Origin: an uncultured Bacteroides sp.
GTDB taxonomy: Bacteria > Bacteroidota > Bacteroidia > Bacteroidales > Muribaculaceae
Direction of reading: 5' to 3'
Length of the DNA: 51,385 nt
Assembly (NCBI GenBank): GCA_964423485.1
Contig: CAYRFB010000001.1
Coordinates: forward strand, 1 to 51,385
Numbering within the stretch: the stretch's first letter is position 1; each line of letters starts with the position of its first letter. Shown here piece after piece: positions 20,202-28,712 of the stretch. The translations under genes and the position numbers were made by a program. The notes under the pieces are model-generated. The model had not been told where the DNA came from. It searched no databases and worked only from the letters and a program-made list of their open reading frames with translations.

Positions 20202-21839
20202 TTAAGGCTTTTTGATGGCCATAACGGCCGCGTCGAAGTCAGCTTTTGACAGATCAGACTTGGCTTTTAAGCGAGCTTTATAGACATAAATGGAGTTAGG
20301 TGAAATATTCAGGAAGCCGGCCACGGTAGCTGTGTCGGTAATTCCGAGTCGCATAAGCGCGAATATGCGTAATTCGGTTGACAGACCCCCATCAGGGCCG
20401 AGTGATACTGATTCGCCTTCGTTGAGCAAGGCATTAAAGTCATCAATGAAATTGGGAAATACTTGCAGGAATGTCTGATCAAAGCTCTGCATTATACGCT
20501 GACGCTCCTCCTTGATTCCAATCTGATATGGAAGAAATCTCATTGCCTCAAGACCTTTGGTCTTCATATTGTTGATCGCTTCGCGGCAACGGGCCTCTAC
20601 TTGATTGAGAAAACTTGTGTTGATATAGAGCGACCGCATTATATAACTGTCTTTAAGTTCTATTGATTCCTTGAGTTTGCCGTTAAGCGTCGAAAGTGTT
20701 TCATTGGCAAGCACGAGTTCTTGCTGAGCCTCGTTGAGCGACTTGCCCATCTGTGCGAGACTCTTGTTGCGCCGAGAAAGCTTGCTGAAAAGCACACCAA
20801 GCACACCAAGCATCAATGTAAAGAAAATCAAAAGGATAGCCATAACACTACGTTGTCCGAAAACGTGGTCGTAGCGAATCGTCTCGAGCAAGGGCAGGAT
20901 CATACCGATCTGCGACTGCTTCATTCGTGAATTAAAGAACAACGCATCGTCAAACGCAACTCTGATATAGCGCACTGCCCGATCGTTCTCGCCCAAGCGA
21001 TGCATCAGATTGGCAAGCATATAGACTGATGCCGTTTCGTGGGTAGACGAGCGAATGTCGTAGATCGTTGACATTGCGTTAAAATATGCCTCCTTCTCTG
21101 AGTCGCCATACAGATTGGCGAACCCACCCATACTGGCATACAGGACAGCCAACTGTGAATCCGAAAAATCAAAATTAGACATAAGATCGAAACGATTTTT
21201 CAGCACCGTTTCATAATCTACCCCATCACGCTCGACGATATGTAGTTTTGAAAACTCATGTTCGAACGATCCCGGTGGTGACACGCTGACTATCGAATCG
21301 ACATACTCATCACTCATAGCGAGATATTGTCTGTATAAAATGGAGTCATTCTCAGCCTCTAAAGAAAGACGGTAAAAGAGGTTGATGCAATTCTCAAAGA
21401 AGTCGGTTCGCTCACGCACCGGCAGCCGTGACGATTCGATCTTTTTATAGAGCGACATGGCGTCGTCGAGCTGCCAAACAGACATATAATAGTCAAATTT
21501 GGTGGCCCGGGCGATTGCTTTCATTTGCTCGTCGGCCGACAGTTCGGCAATGTCATATAGCTTGTTGGAGTAGCGAAATGCCGAATCTGACTGATACTGC
21601 CTGAACTCCTCATACAGCATATCAAGCACATCAAAATTAGCCGGATCATCGACAGGTAGCTTCAAACGGCTGCGCACAGAGTTAATGTGAGCCTCCTTGG
21701 CATTAGAATAATTCTGACGCACAGAAATCTCGCGATCGAGAACCTGAAGCGCAGAATCAAGGTTGACATTAAAAGAAGAATGCGCGCTGAATGTAGTCAT
21801 TGCAGCGAGCAACGTGACTACAAACAGGCGCATTCCCAT
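20202..21839 (-). CDS. SusR-like membrane-spanning transcriptional regulator (DUF6377)
   Basis: Signal peptide, TPR-like periplasmic region, one TM helix, coiled coil, FDQTFLQVFPNFIDDFNALL...ELRIFALMRLGITD...HTH; adjacent to susC. Confidence 0.88.
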   Translation of the reverse strand: MGMRLFVVTLLAAMTTFSAHSSFNVNLDSALQVLDREISVRQNYSNAKEAHINSVRSRLKLPVDDPANFDVLDMLYEEFRQYQSDSAFRYSNKLYDIAELSADEQMKAIARATKFDYYMSVWQLDDAMSLYKKIESSRLPVRERTDFFENCINLFYRLSLEAENDSILYRQYLAMSDEYVDSIVSVSPPGSFEHEFSKLHIVERDGVDYETVLKNRFDLMSNFDFSDSQLAVLYASMGGFANLYGDSEKEAYFNAMSTIYDIRSSTHETASVYMLANLMHRLGENDRAVRYIRVAFDDALFFNSRMKQSQIGMILPLLETIRYDHVFGQRSVMAILLIFFTLMLGVLGVLFSKLSRRNKSLAQMGKSLNEAQQELVLANETLSTLNGKLKESIELKDSYIMRSLYINTSFLNQVEARCREAINNMKTKGLEAMRFLPYQIGIKEERQRIMQSFDQTFLQVFPNFIDDFNALLNEGESVSLGPDGGLSTELRIFALMRLGITDTATVAGFLNISPNSIYVYKARLKAKSDLSKADFDAAVMAIKKP

Positions 21840-21865
21840 AAATAACTTTTTTTAATTCGATAGGA

Positions 21866-23281
21866 TTATTCACCCTTCATATAATGGTGGTAGCCATTGA
21901 GTTTGTTCCAGGCACCGCGAGTGAAGTCGGGCACTTCGACAGGAGCTGAATTGTTCTCAAGCGAGATACGTGTAAGTTCGCCGAGTGATGACCACTCTGC
22001 AGCATCATAGACGTCCTGATCAAGAGGCAGACCATTGAGGAGACAGTAGACGAGACGCGAATCCATAATGTAGTCCATACCGCCGTGACCGCCGACCTTG
22101 CGAGCCTGCTCTTCGAGTTCGACATGGATCGGGTGTTTGTATTTCTCCATGAGAGCCTGCTTCACTTCCTCGGGCACGAAATCGTGAGCAGAAAGATTCT
22201 GATGGTCGGGCACAACGGTCGAATCGCTCACTTCGCGGAAGCAGTAACCAGAAATGGGATATTTGTTGGCGAAGCCCTCAGTACCGGTGAGCTGATACAT
22301 ACGAGTATAAGGACGAGGATTCATTACGTCATGCTGAATGTGCATAGTCTGACCATTCTCTGTCATAATCATAGTCATAGTGTGGTCGCCGTTCTGGAAG
22401 TTCTCAGATGTGCGGCCCTGACGTTCAACCATCTTCGGACCAGTGACAGGCTTGGTGTCCATAGCGACAAGATAATTCATCTTATTGCCACGATGGATAC
22501 CGAGCAGCTGAGCAGCCGGGCCCATGCCATGAGTAGCATAGACGTCGCCACGATGCTGCTCATTGAAGTCGAGACGCCAGTTGCCTTCATATTCATTCCA
22601 GAAATCTTCAAGATTATGGATATAAGCACCTTCGACATGGAGCACATCGCCAAACAGACCCTGCTGAGCCATATTAAGCGTAGTCAACTCAAAGAAGTCA
22701 TACACGCAGTTCTCAAGCATCATACAGTGCTTCTGTGTCTTTTCTGCAGTGTTGACCAACTGCCAGCACTCGTCGAGGTTCTGAGCGGCGGGCACTTCGA
22801 TTGCAACGTTTTTGCCATGCTCCATAGCGTAAACGGCCATAGGAACGTGGTTGTTCCAGTCAGTTGCGATATATACGAGGTCAATATCGGGACGCTCGCA
22901 AAGCTCCATCCATGCTGAATCGCCGACATACTCGGCAGCAGCCGGACGATCATTCTTAGCTAAAATGCCCTGGGCTTTCTCTACGCGGTCGGCGTGTTTG
23001 TCACACAAGGCTTTGATAGACGTGCGGTCGATTTTGGAGAAACGGTTTACAGCGCCGGGGCCTCGCATGCCTAAACCAATGAAGCCAACTCTAACCGAAT
23101 CCATCGGCTCAAGGCGCAAGCCGACGACGTCTTTTTGGCCTTCGACACGCTGGGGCACTTCAGTTCTGATAATGCCGTCGACTACCGTATACTTCTCGTC
23201 AGTTTTTGAAGCTGACGAACAAGCTGTCATGACTGCGGCAGCAGCCAGAAACACAGATAGTTTGATTTTAAGATTTTTCAT
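21866..23281 (-). CDS. GH109 NAD+-dependent alpha-N-acetylgalactosaminidase-like lipoprotein (Gfo/Idh/MocA fold)
   Basis: Lipobox MTAC; GFIGLGMRG Rossmann motif, MMLENCVY, YATHG, GGHGGMD motif. Confidence 0.88.
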   Translation of the reverse strand: MKNLKIKLSVFLAAAAVMTACSSASKTDEKYTVVDGIIRTEVPQRVEGQKDVVGLRLEPMDSVRVGFIGLGMRGPGAVNRFSKIDRTSIKALCDKHADRVEKAQGILAKNDRPAAAEYVGDSAWMELCERPDIDLVYIATDWNNHVPMAVYAMEHGKNVAIEVPAAQNLDECWQLVNTAEKTQKHCMMLENCVYDFFELTTLNMAQQGLFGDVLHVEGAYIHNLEDFWNEYEGNWRLDFNEQHRGDVYATHGMGPAAQLLGIHRGNKMNYLVAMDTKPVTGPKMVERQGRTSENFQNGDHTMTMIMTENGQTMHIQHDVMNPRPYTRMYQLTGTEGFANKYPISGYCFREVSDSTVVPDHQNLSAHDFVPEEVKQALMEKYKHPIHVELEEQARKVGGHGGMDYIMDSRLVYCLLNGLPLDQDVYDAAEWSSLGELTRISLENNSAPVEVPDFTRGAWNKLNGYHHYMKGE

Positions 23282-23308
23282 CTGATAGAATTAGGGGTTA
23301 TGATAATA

Positions 23309-24391
23309 TTATAATGAGGCGATATAGGCGTCCATTTCAGCAGTGTGCTCATCGAAGCTCTTCAACAGTTCAAGCTGGGCAATTGTGCGCTGCAGATTAT
23401 GCTCGGGGTGCTGAATCTTGAAATATACATCACCCTTCAGATAATCAGTAAGGAAACGCACGGCAGTCATATAAGTCAAAAGCTTTGCGCCAAAAGGCAG
23501 CATCTTCTTTTCAATGTCGGTCAGCATAGGCGCCGCGGTCTCGATATAGCCCTTGGTGAACGCACGGAATACATCCATATTCACACCGATGCGCGACAAG
23601 TCAGGATCATCCTCGGCGCCGGTATTGCCGGCTGTACGCATAAAATCACCGAAGTCAGAGAGCACAAATCCGGGCATCGTGGTGTCAAGGTCAATCACGC
23701 AAAGCACGTTGTCATCCTTGTCAAACAAGATGTTGTTGACTTTTGTATCGCAATGAGAGATGCGTTTAGGCAACTTGCCTTCAGCATACAGACGCTCGGC
23801 CTGAGTCATCTCCTCTGCACGGGCGAGAACCTGATCGACCAGAGGCTGCACTTTTGCAAGACGGCCCATCTTATCGGCTTTGATGGCATCATCAAGCTGA
23901 CGCAGACGAGCAGACATATTATGGAAATCAGGAATTGTCTCGCCAAGCTGGGGCACATCGTCACCAATAAAGTAAGCGTGGAATTCGCCGAATGCTCGGC
24001 CAGTGCGATATGCCATTTCGGGAGTGCCCTGCTCGTGAGTAACGCAATCCTTAATAGCGATTGTCACACGCCAATAACTTTCACCATCAAAATAATAGAG
24101 CTTACCGTCTTTTGCCGGAACGACAGTGAGTGTGTGGCGATCAATGTCGTCCGCGCCGGCCTCTTCGAGGCGTTTGCGGATATGCTCTGTAACTTTCAAC
24201 ATATTGTCCTGCAGCAAGTCGACATCCGTAAAAATCGAATGGTTGATGCGTTGCAGAATATAGTTGGGTGTGTCGTCAGACTCGGTAGTGATCAGATAAG
24301 TATCGTTGATAAGACCAGAACCGCAAGGATTTGCTTCTACTGCGTTTCCAACCAAATCGAATTTTTTTGCGATTTCGAGAATGTCTGCCAT
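23309..24391 (-). CDS. Aminoglycoside-phosphotransferase-fold kinase, N-acetylhexosamine 1-kinase-like
   Basis: GSGLINDTY, YILQRINH, HCDTKVNN (Brenner motif), CVIDLDT, DFGDFMRT; next to GH109. Confidence 0.8.
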   Translation of the reverse strand: MADILEIAKKFDLVGNAVEANPCGSGLINDTYLITTESDDTPNYILQRINHSIFTDVDLLQDNMLKVTEHIRKRLEEAGADDIDRHTLTVVPAKDGKLYYFDGESYWRVTIAIKDCVTHEQGTPEMAYRTGRAFGEFHAYFIGDDVPQLGETIPDFHNMSARLRQLDDAIKADKMGRLAKVQPLVDQVLARAEEMTQAERLYAEGKLPKRISHCDTKVNNILFDKDDNVLCVIDLDTTMPGFVLSDFGDFMRTAGNTGAEDDPDLSRIGVNMDVFRAFTKGYIETAAPMLTDIEKKMLPFGAKLLTYMTAVRFLTDYLKGDVYFKIQHPEHNLQRTIAQLELLKSFDEHTAEMDAYIASL

Positions 24392-24455
24392 GTCTTAGTT
24401 GTAAAATGGTAAAATATTTGGTTAATGATTTAATTCTATAACATAGAAAGTATCG

Positions 24456-24527
24456 TACACCCGTAGGGAATCGAACCCTAATCTGAGGAACCGGAATCCC
24501 CTATTCTATCCATTGAAATACGGGTGC
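24456..24527 (-). tRNA. tRNA-Arg(CCG)
   Basis: Acceptor stem GCACCCG/CGGGTGT, anticodon arm GGGGA-TTCCGGT-TCCTC, T-loop GGTTCGATTCC; CCA not encoded. Confidence 0.95.
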
Positions 24528-24553
24528 AAATTGTTCTTCATGTTAAAACATCG

Positions 24554-24585
24554 CAAATTTAAGATTAATTTCGTAGATTTGCAAA
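24554..24585. promoter_or_regulatory. Overlapping divergent promoters for tRNA-Arg (minus) and ung (plus)
   Basis: Minus: TTTG (24585-24582)-N20-TAAATTTG (24561-24554). Plus: TAGATTTG (24574-24581), 17 nt before the ung ATG, with no clear -33 element. Confidence 0.6.
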
Positions 24586-24598
24586 AAAGAATTTCTTA

Positions 24599-25261
24599 AT
24601 GAACGTTAGAATCGAACAAAGCTGGAAACAGACTCTCGATAAGGAATGGAGTCAGGACTATTTTATCAAACTCACTGACTTTGTCAAGGATAGCTATCGC
24701 AGCCGGACCACCTATCCGCCCGCAGGCAAAATATTTGCGGCCTTTGATGCGTGTCCGTTTGACAAAGTCAAGGTTGTGATCCTTGGCCAGGATCCTTACC
24801 ACGGCCCCGGGCAGGCTAATGGACTGTGCTTTTCTGTGAGCCCGGGCATAGATCTGCCGCCATCGCTTGTGAATATATTCAAAGAGGTGTCAAGCGACTT
24901 GGGCACCCCTATGCCGACCGACGGCAACCTTGAGCGCTGGGCCAAACAGGGTGTGCTATTGCTCAACGCCACCTTAACCGTCGAGGCTCATAAAGCCGGA
25001 TCGCATCAAGGGCACGGATGGGAAGAGTTTACTGACGCTGCAGTCAGAAAGCTCGCCCAAGAACGAGAGGGCCTTGTCTTTATGCTCTGGGGCAGCTATG
25101 CGATACGCAAGGGAGCGTTCATCAATCGCGACCGTCATCTTGTGCTGACCGCGCCCCACCCCTCCCCACTTTCGGCCTACAGAGGCTTCTTCGGATGCAA
25201 ACATTTTTCACAGGCCAACCGTTGGCTCACCGCTCACAACCAAACTCCGATAGAATGGTGA
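24599..25261 (+). CDS. ung: Uracil-DNA glycosylase (family 1)
   Basis: GQDPYH, PPSLVNIFKE, GVLLLN, HPSPLS. Confidence 0.97.
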   Translation: MNVRIEQSWKQTLDKEWSQDYFIKLTDFVKDSYRSRTTYPPAGKIFAAFDACPFDKVKVVILGQDPYHGPGQANGLCFSVSPGIDLPPSLVNIFKEVSSDLGTPMPTDGNLERWAKQGVLLLNATLTVEAHKAGSHQGHGWEEFTDAAVRKLAQEREGLVFMLWGSYAIRKGAFINRDRHLVLTAPHPSPLSAYRGFFGCKHFSQANRWLTAHNQTPIEW

Positions 25262-26529
25262 CAAGCTTCTGCCGACATATCATCTGCGTTGCAATCATTG
25301 CGTTGACTGCCATGAAATGTCTTGCTCTCAGCAACGACGACACAATGACAGGCACCGACAACGAATATATACGCACTATGCAGGTCACTCTCAACGACGA
25401 TATGTTTGCGCCGCCGGTGCTGGTTATAGGTTCAAACGACAGGTTGACCTTCAGTTTTGACCACTTGGCCGACGACCGCGCCTACTTCCGCTACAAACTT
25501 GTGCATTGCAACGCAAACTGGCAACCATCGCAATTGGTTGATTCTGAAATTATCGACGGTTTTAACGAAGGCGTCATAGAGGATTATGCCTTCTCGCGGA
25601 GCACAACTATTAATTATGTCCATTACCAATTCAGCATCCCCGACGGCGGCATGTCACCTTTGGTAACGGGAAACTATCTCGTGCGCGTCTACGATGAGTC
25701 TGACCCCGATAACATAGTGGCTCAATGGCGCTTTATGGTTTCAGATCAGTCAGCAAAAATAAGTGTCGACCTAAGTTCACGAACTGATGTCGACTACAAT
25801 GAAGCTCATCAACAGCTTTCAATCATAGTTGACACCGAGCGCAATAACGTCAGCGATCCGTTTAATGATCTTACGATTATGGTGCAGCAAAATGGCCGAC
25901 TTGACAATGAGGTTGCCATAAAACATCCGTTGAGGATGTCGGGCAACAAGGCTATCTATGAACACTTGAGCCCACTGATATTTGATGCGGGCAACGAATA
26001 CCGCCGCTTCGAAACAGTCACCCTCGAATACCCCGGTATGCACGTGGATCACTCTGAGTATCTTTACCCTTACTATCACATTTCACTTCAGCCCGACGCG
26101 ACAAGAAGCAACGACACATATCTATATGACAGCACACAGCAAGGCCGATTTGTCGTAAGAGACTATGATTCTGACGATGGCGACACTATGGCTGACTATG
26201 TTGTTGTCCATTTCTCGCTCCAACAACCCGAGATGCCCGGAGCAATGATTTTTATTGACGGCGACCTCACAAACCGCAGATTTGATGAGAGTTCGCGAAT
26301 GACATATAACCCTGCAACAGGTCTGTACGAGAAGGCCATGCTCTTGAAACAAGGGTCTTATAACTATCAGTATTTGACTGTGCCACCGGGAAAGTCAAGG
26401 GGTTACACATCCCATATCGAAGGCGACAAATATCAGACAGTCAACGAATATATTATCAAGGTCTACACCCGTCAGCCAACCGACCGCTACGACAGATTGA
26501 TAGGCGTGAGCCGCATCGTTTCCAACTGA
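25255..26529 (+). CDS. DUF5103-domain secreted protein (T9SS plug-like family)
   Basis: HCNANWQPSQL, YVHYQF, GNEYRRFE, LLKQGSYNYQY, YDRLIG. Start placed at the ATG at 25255, which gives a signal peptide. Confidence 0.75.
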   Translation: MVTSFCRHIICVAIIALTAMKCLALSNDDTMTGTDNEYIRTMQVTLNDDMFAPPVLVIGSNDRLTFSFDHLADDRAYFRYKLVHCNANWQPSQLVDSEIIDGFNEGVIEDYAFSRSTTINYVHYQFSIPDGGMSPLVTGNYLVRVYDESDPDNIVAQWRFMVSDQSAKISVDLSSRTDVDYNEAHQQLSIIVDTERNNVSDPFNDLTIMVQQNGRLDNEVAIKHPLRMSGNKAIYEHLSPLIFDAGNEYRRFETVTLEYPGMHVDHSEYLYPYYHISLQPDATRSNDTYLYDSTQQGRFVVRDYDSDDGDTMADYVVVHFSLQQPEMPGAMIFIDGDLTNRRFDESSRMTYNPATGLYEKAMLLKQGSYNYQYLTVPPGKSRGYTSHIEGDKYQTVNEYIIKVYTRQPTDRYDRLIGVSRIVSN

Positions 26530-26548
26530 TACAAATCCGAAAAAAAAT

Positions 26549-27163
26549 ATGACAGAATCTCACGAAGAAATTATGTTACAGATACAAGATACTTTGGTCA
26601 GCCTTGACCTTGCCGAACGTTTTTTTTGCTGCGACCTCGCAACCTGTCTCGGCGAATGTTGCATCGAAGGCGACGCCGGTGCACCGATAACAGAAGAAGA
26701 GCGCAAGAAACTCGAAGAGCTGCTGCCGGTTGTCTGGGACGACCTTCTCCCCGCGGCTCGACGCGAGATTGAAGAAAACGGGGTTGCATACGTAGATGAG
26801 GAAGGCGATCTTGTGACTTCAATAATTGATGGCAAGAATTGTGTGTTCACCACATACGACGCGGGAGGCATGTGCCAGTGTGCCATCGAGAAAGCTTGCC
26901 GTGCGGGCAAAACCGATTTCTTAAAGCCTATCTCATGTCATCTTTATCCTGTGCGTCTCTCTGAATACCCTACTTTTACAGCCGTCAACTATCATAGATG
27001 GAAAATATGCAAATGCGCTGAGATACTCGGACGAACTAAAGGCATAAGGCTATACAAGTTTCTTGAAGGGCCGTTGGTCAGAAAATTTGGAAGAGAATGG
27101 TATGATGAATTAGTAGAGGCATGCGATGCGTATCTCGAACAATATGGCGACTCAACCAATTAA
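26549..27163 (+). CDS. DUF3109 family Cys-rich protein
   Basis: CDLATCLGECCIEGDAGAP and KPISCHLYPVR; the real start may be 26573. Confidence 0.85.
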   Translation: MTESHEEIMLQIQDTLVSLDLAERFFCCDLATCLGECCIEGDAGAPITEEERKKLEELLPVVWDDLLPAARREIEENGVAYVDEEGDLVTSIIDGKNCVFTTYDAGGMCQCAIEKACRAGKTDFLKPISCHLYPVRLSEYPTFTAVNYHRWKICKCAEILGRTKGIRLYKFLEGPLVRKFGREWYDELVEACDAYLEQYGDSTN

Positions 27164-27172
27164 CATCTGTTT

Positions 27173-27982
27173 ATGTCACACGAATCTAACTATCATTTCG
27201 ATGGATTGCGCCGCCAGCAAGTCACTCGCTATATCACCCCGCTGCGCGAAGGCGGATCGCTGCCAGCCCTTGCTGACGCAGATGACGGATTTAAATATGT
27301 ATTAAAATTTCGCGGGGCAGGCCATGGCACCAAATCATTGGTTGCTGAAATGATCGGTGGTGAGATCGCCCGTGCACTCGGCTTGCGAGTTCCCGAGCTT
27401 GTGTTTCTCGATGTCGACGAGGATTTCGGTCGCACTGAGGCCGACGAGGAGATTCAGGATTTGCTAAAGGCAAGTCAAGGCCTCAACCTCGGGCTTCACT
27501 TCCTCAATGGCTCTCTCACATTCGATCCTGTTGTAAACAACGTTGACCTCGCAGAAGCTTCAATGGTAGTGTGGCTTGACGCCTTCCTTACCAACGTAGA
27601 CCGCACGGTCAGAAACACCAATATGCTGGTTTGGAACAAGGAGCTTTGGCTTATCGACCACGGAGCCACCCTCTATTTCCATCACTCGTGGAACGGCTGG
27701 GAGAAGACAATGCTGTCGCCTTTTCCTTACATTAAGGATCACACCCTCCTGAAGTATGCCTCAGATCTTGACAAGGCCGACGAAGAAGCTCATCGGCGAC
27801 TGACTCCTCAGCTGATCGACAGCATCCTTGACGCAGTGCCTGACGAATGGCTGATCCACGAAGGCAGCGATCAGACTCCTGATGACATCCGCTCTGTATA
27901 CAGAGAATTTTTACACGGTCGCCTGGCCAATAGTCAAATCTTTATAAACGAAGCAAAAAATGCACGACAAGCTCTTATATGA
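27173..27982 (+). CDS. HipA-like kinase (PI3/4-kinase-like fold)
   Basis: PLREGGSLP loop, YVLKFRGAG Lys, NVDRT catalytic motif, WLIDHG Mg-binding motif. Confidence 0.82.
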   Translation: MSHESNYHFDGLRRQQVTRYITPLREGGSLPALADADDGFKYVLKFRGAGHGTKSLVAEMIGGEIARALGLRVPELVFLDVDEDFGRTEADEEIQDLLKASQGLNLGLHFLNGSLTFDPVVNNVDLAEASMVVWLDAFLTNVDRTVRNTNMLVWNKELWLIDHGATLYFHHSWNGWEKTMLSPFPYIKDHTLLKYASDLDKADEEAHRRLTPQLIDSILDAVPDEWLIHEGSDQTPDDIRSVYREFLHGRLANSQIFINEAKNARQALI

Positions 27983-28343
27983 ATACTCTGTAATCCGCTA
28001 TGTTCCCCGCATTGAGCGTGAAGAGTTTATAAATGTTGGCCTCATTATGATGTGCAAACGCAAGCGTTGGCTCAAAATCGCCATTGAACCGGATTACAAA
28101 AAAATTGATGCCTTAGGCGCATCTCATTGCAAAACAGAGATCGACCAACAGTTAAACGGGCTCAAACTTGTTGCCGAAGGTAATAGCGAAGGAGGCGCGA
28201 TAGCCCAACTTGATGCCACTGAGCGTTTCAGATGGCTTTCGGCTGTGCGAAGCGCTTGCATACAGACGTCGCGCCCTCATCCGGGCCTCTGCGACAATCT
28301 TGACGCGACATTCGAAAACCTCGTTAACGAACTCGTAAGATAG
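27960..28343 (+). CDS. DUF3037 domain protein
   Basis: YEYSVIRYVPRIEREEFINVG, ERFRWLSAVRS, HPGLC; overlaps the kinase gene by 23 bp. Confidence 0.85.
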   Translation: MHDKLLYEYSVIRYVPRIEREEFINVGLIMMCKRKRWLKIAIEPDYKKIDALGASHCKTEIDQQLNGLKLVAEGNSEGGAIAQLDATERFRWLSAVRSACIQTSRPHPGLCDNLDATFENLVNELVR

Positions 28344-28712
28344 ATGGCACGTCACAACGAAACCGGAAGCTGGGGCGAAGCCTTAGCTGCAGAATATCTT
28401 GTCACTCAAGGCTATGCTATCAGAGAAAGAAACTGGCACAGCGGCCATTATGAAATTGATATTGTAGCTTATAAAGGCTCTCGCATAGTCTTTGTTGAAG
28501 TCAAGACAAGAAGCCATGAAGATGATGATCCCCTCGAAGCCGTCGACAAGAACAAGACACTCAGGCTTGTGCGGGCGGCTGTCGCATTTGTCAATGCCTA
28601 TAAGGTCGACCACGAAATTCAGTTTGATCTGATCGCCATAACCGGTTCTCCAACCGACTACCGCATAGAGCATATCGCCGACGCCTTTGAGCCGCCGTTC
28701 ATGAGTTATTGA
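28344..28712 (+). CDS. yraN: YraN (UPF0102) putative endonuclease
   Basis: GSWGEALAAEYL, RNW, EIDIVA, VFVEVKTR, QFDLI. Confidence 0.92.
   Translation: MARHNETGSWGEALAAEYLVTQGYAIRERNWHSGHYEIDIVAYKGSRIVFVEVKTRSHEDDDPLEAVDKNKTLRLVRAAVAFVNAYKVDHEIQFDLIAITGSPTDYRIEHIADAFEPPFMSY

Noticed and set aside
22085-22918. 277-aa plus-strand ORF antisense to GH109 (and similar shadows over susC/susD, GH3, dcp and S41)
   Set aside because: Fully inside well-supported genes on the opposite strand, with no motifs.
23345-24412. 355-aa plus-strand ORF antisense to the kinase
   Set aside because: Mirrors the kinase gene almost exactly and has no recognizable motifs; a shadow ORF from codon bias.
3500-24527. 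PUL as an island integrated at tRNA-Arg
   Set aside because: No duplicate of the tRNA 3' end seen at the far boundary, no integrase, and composition is host-like.
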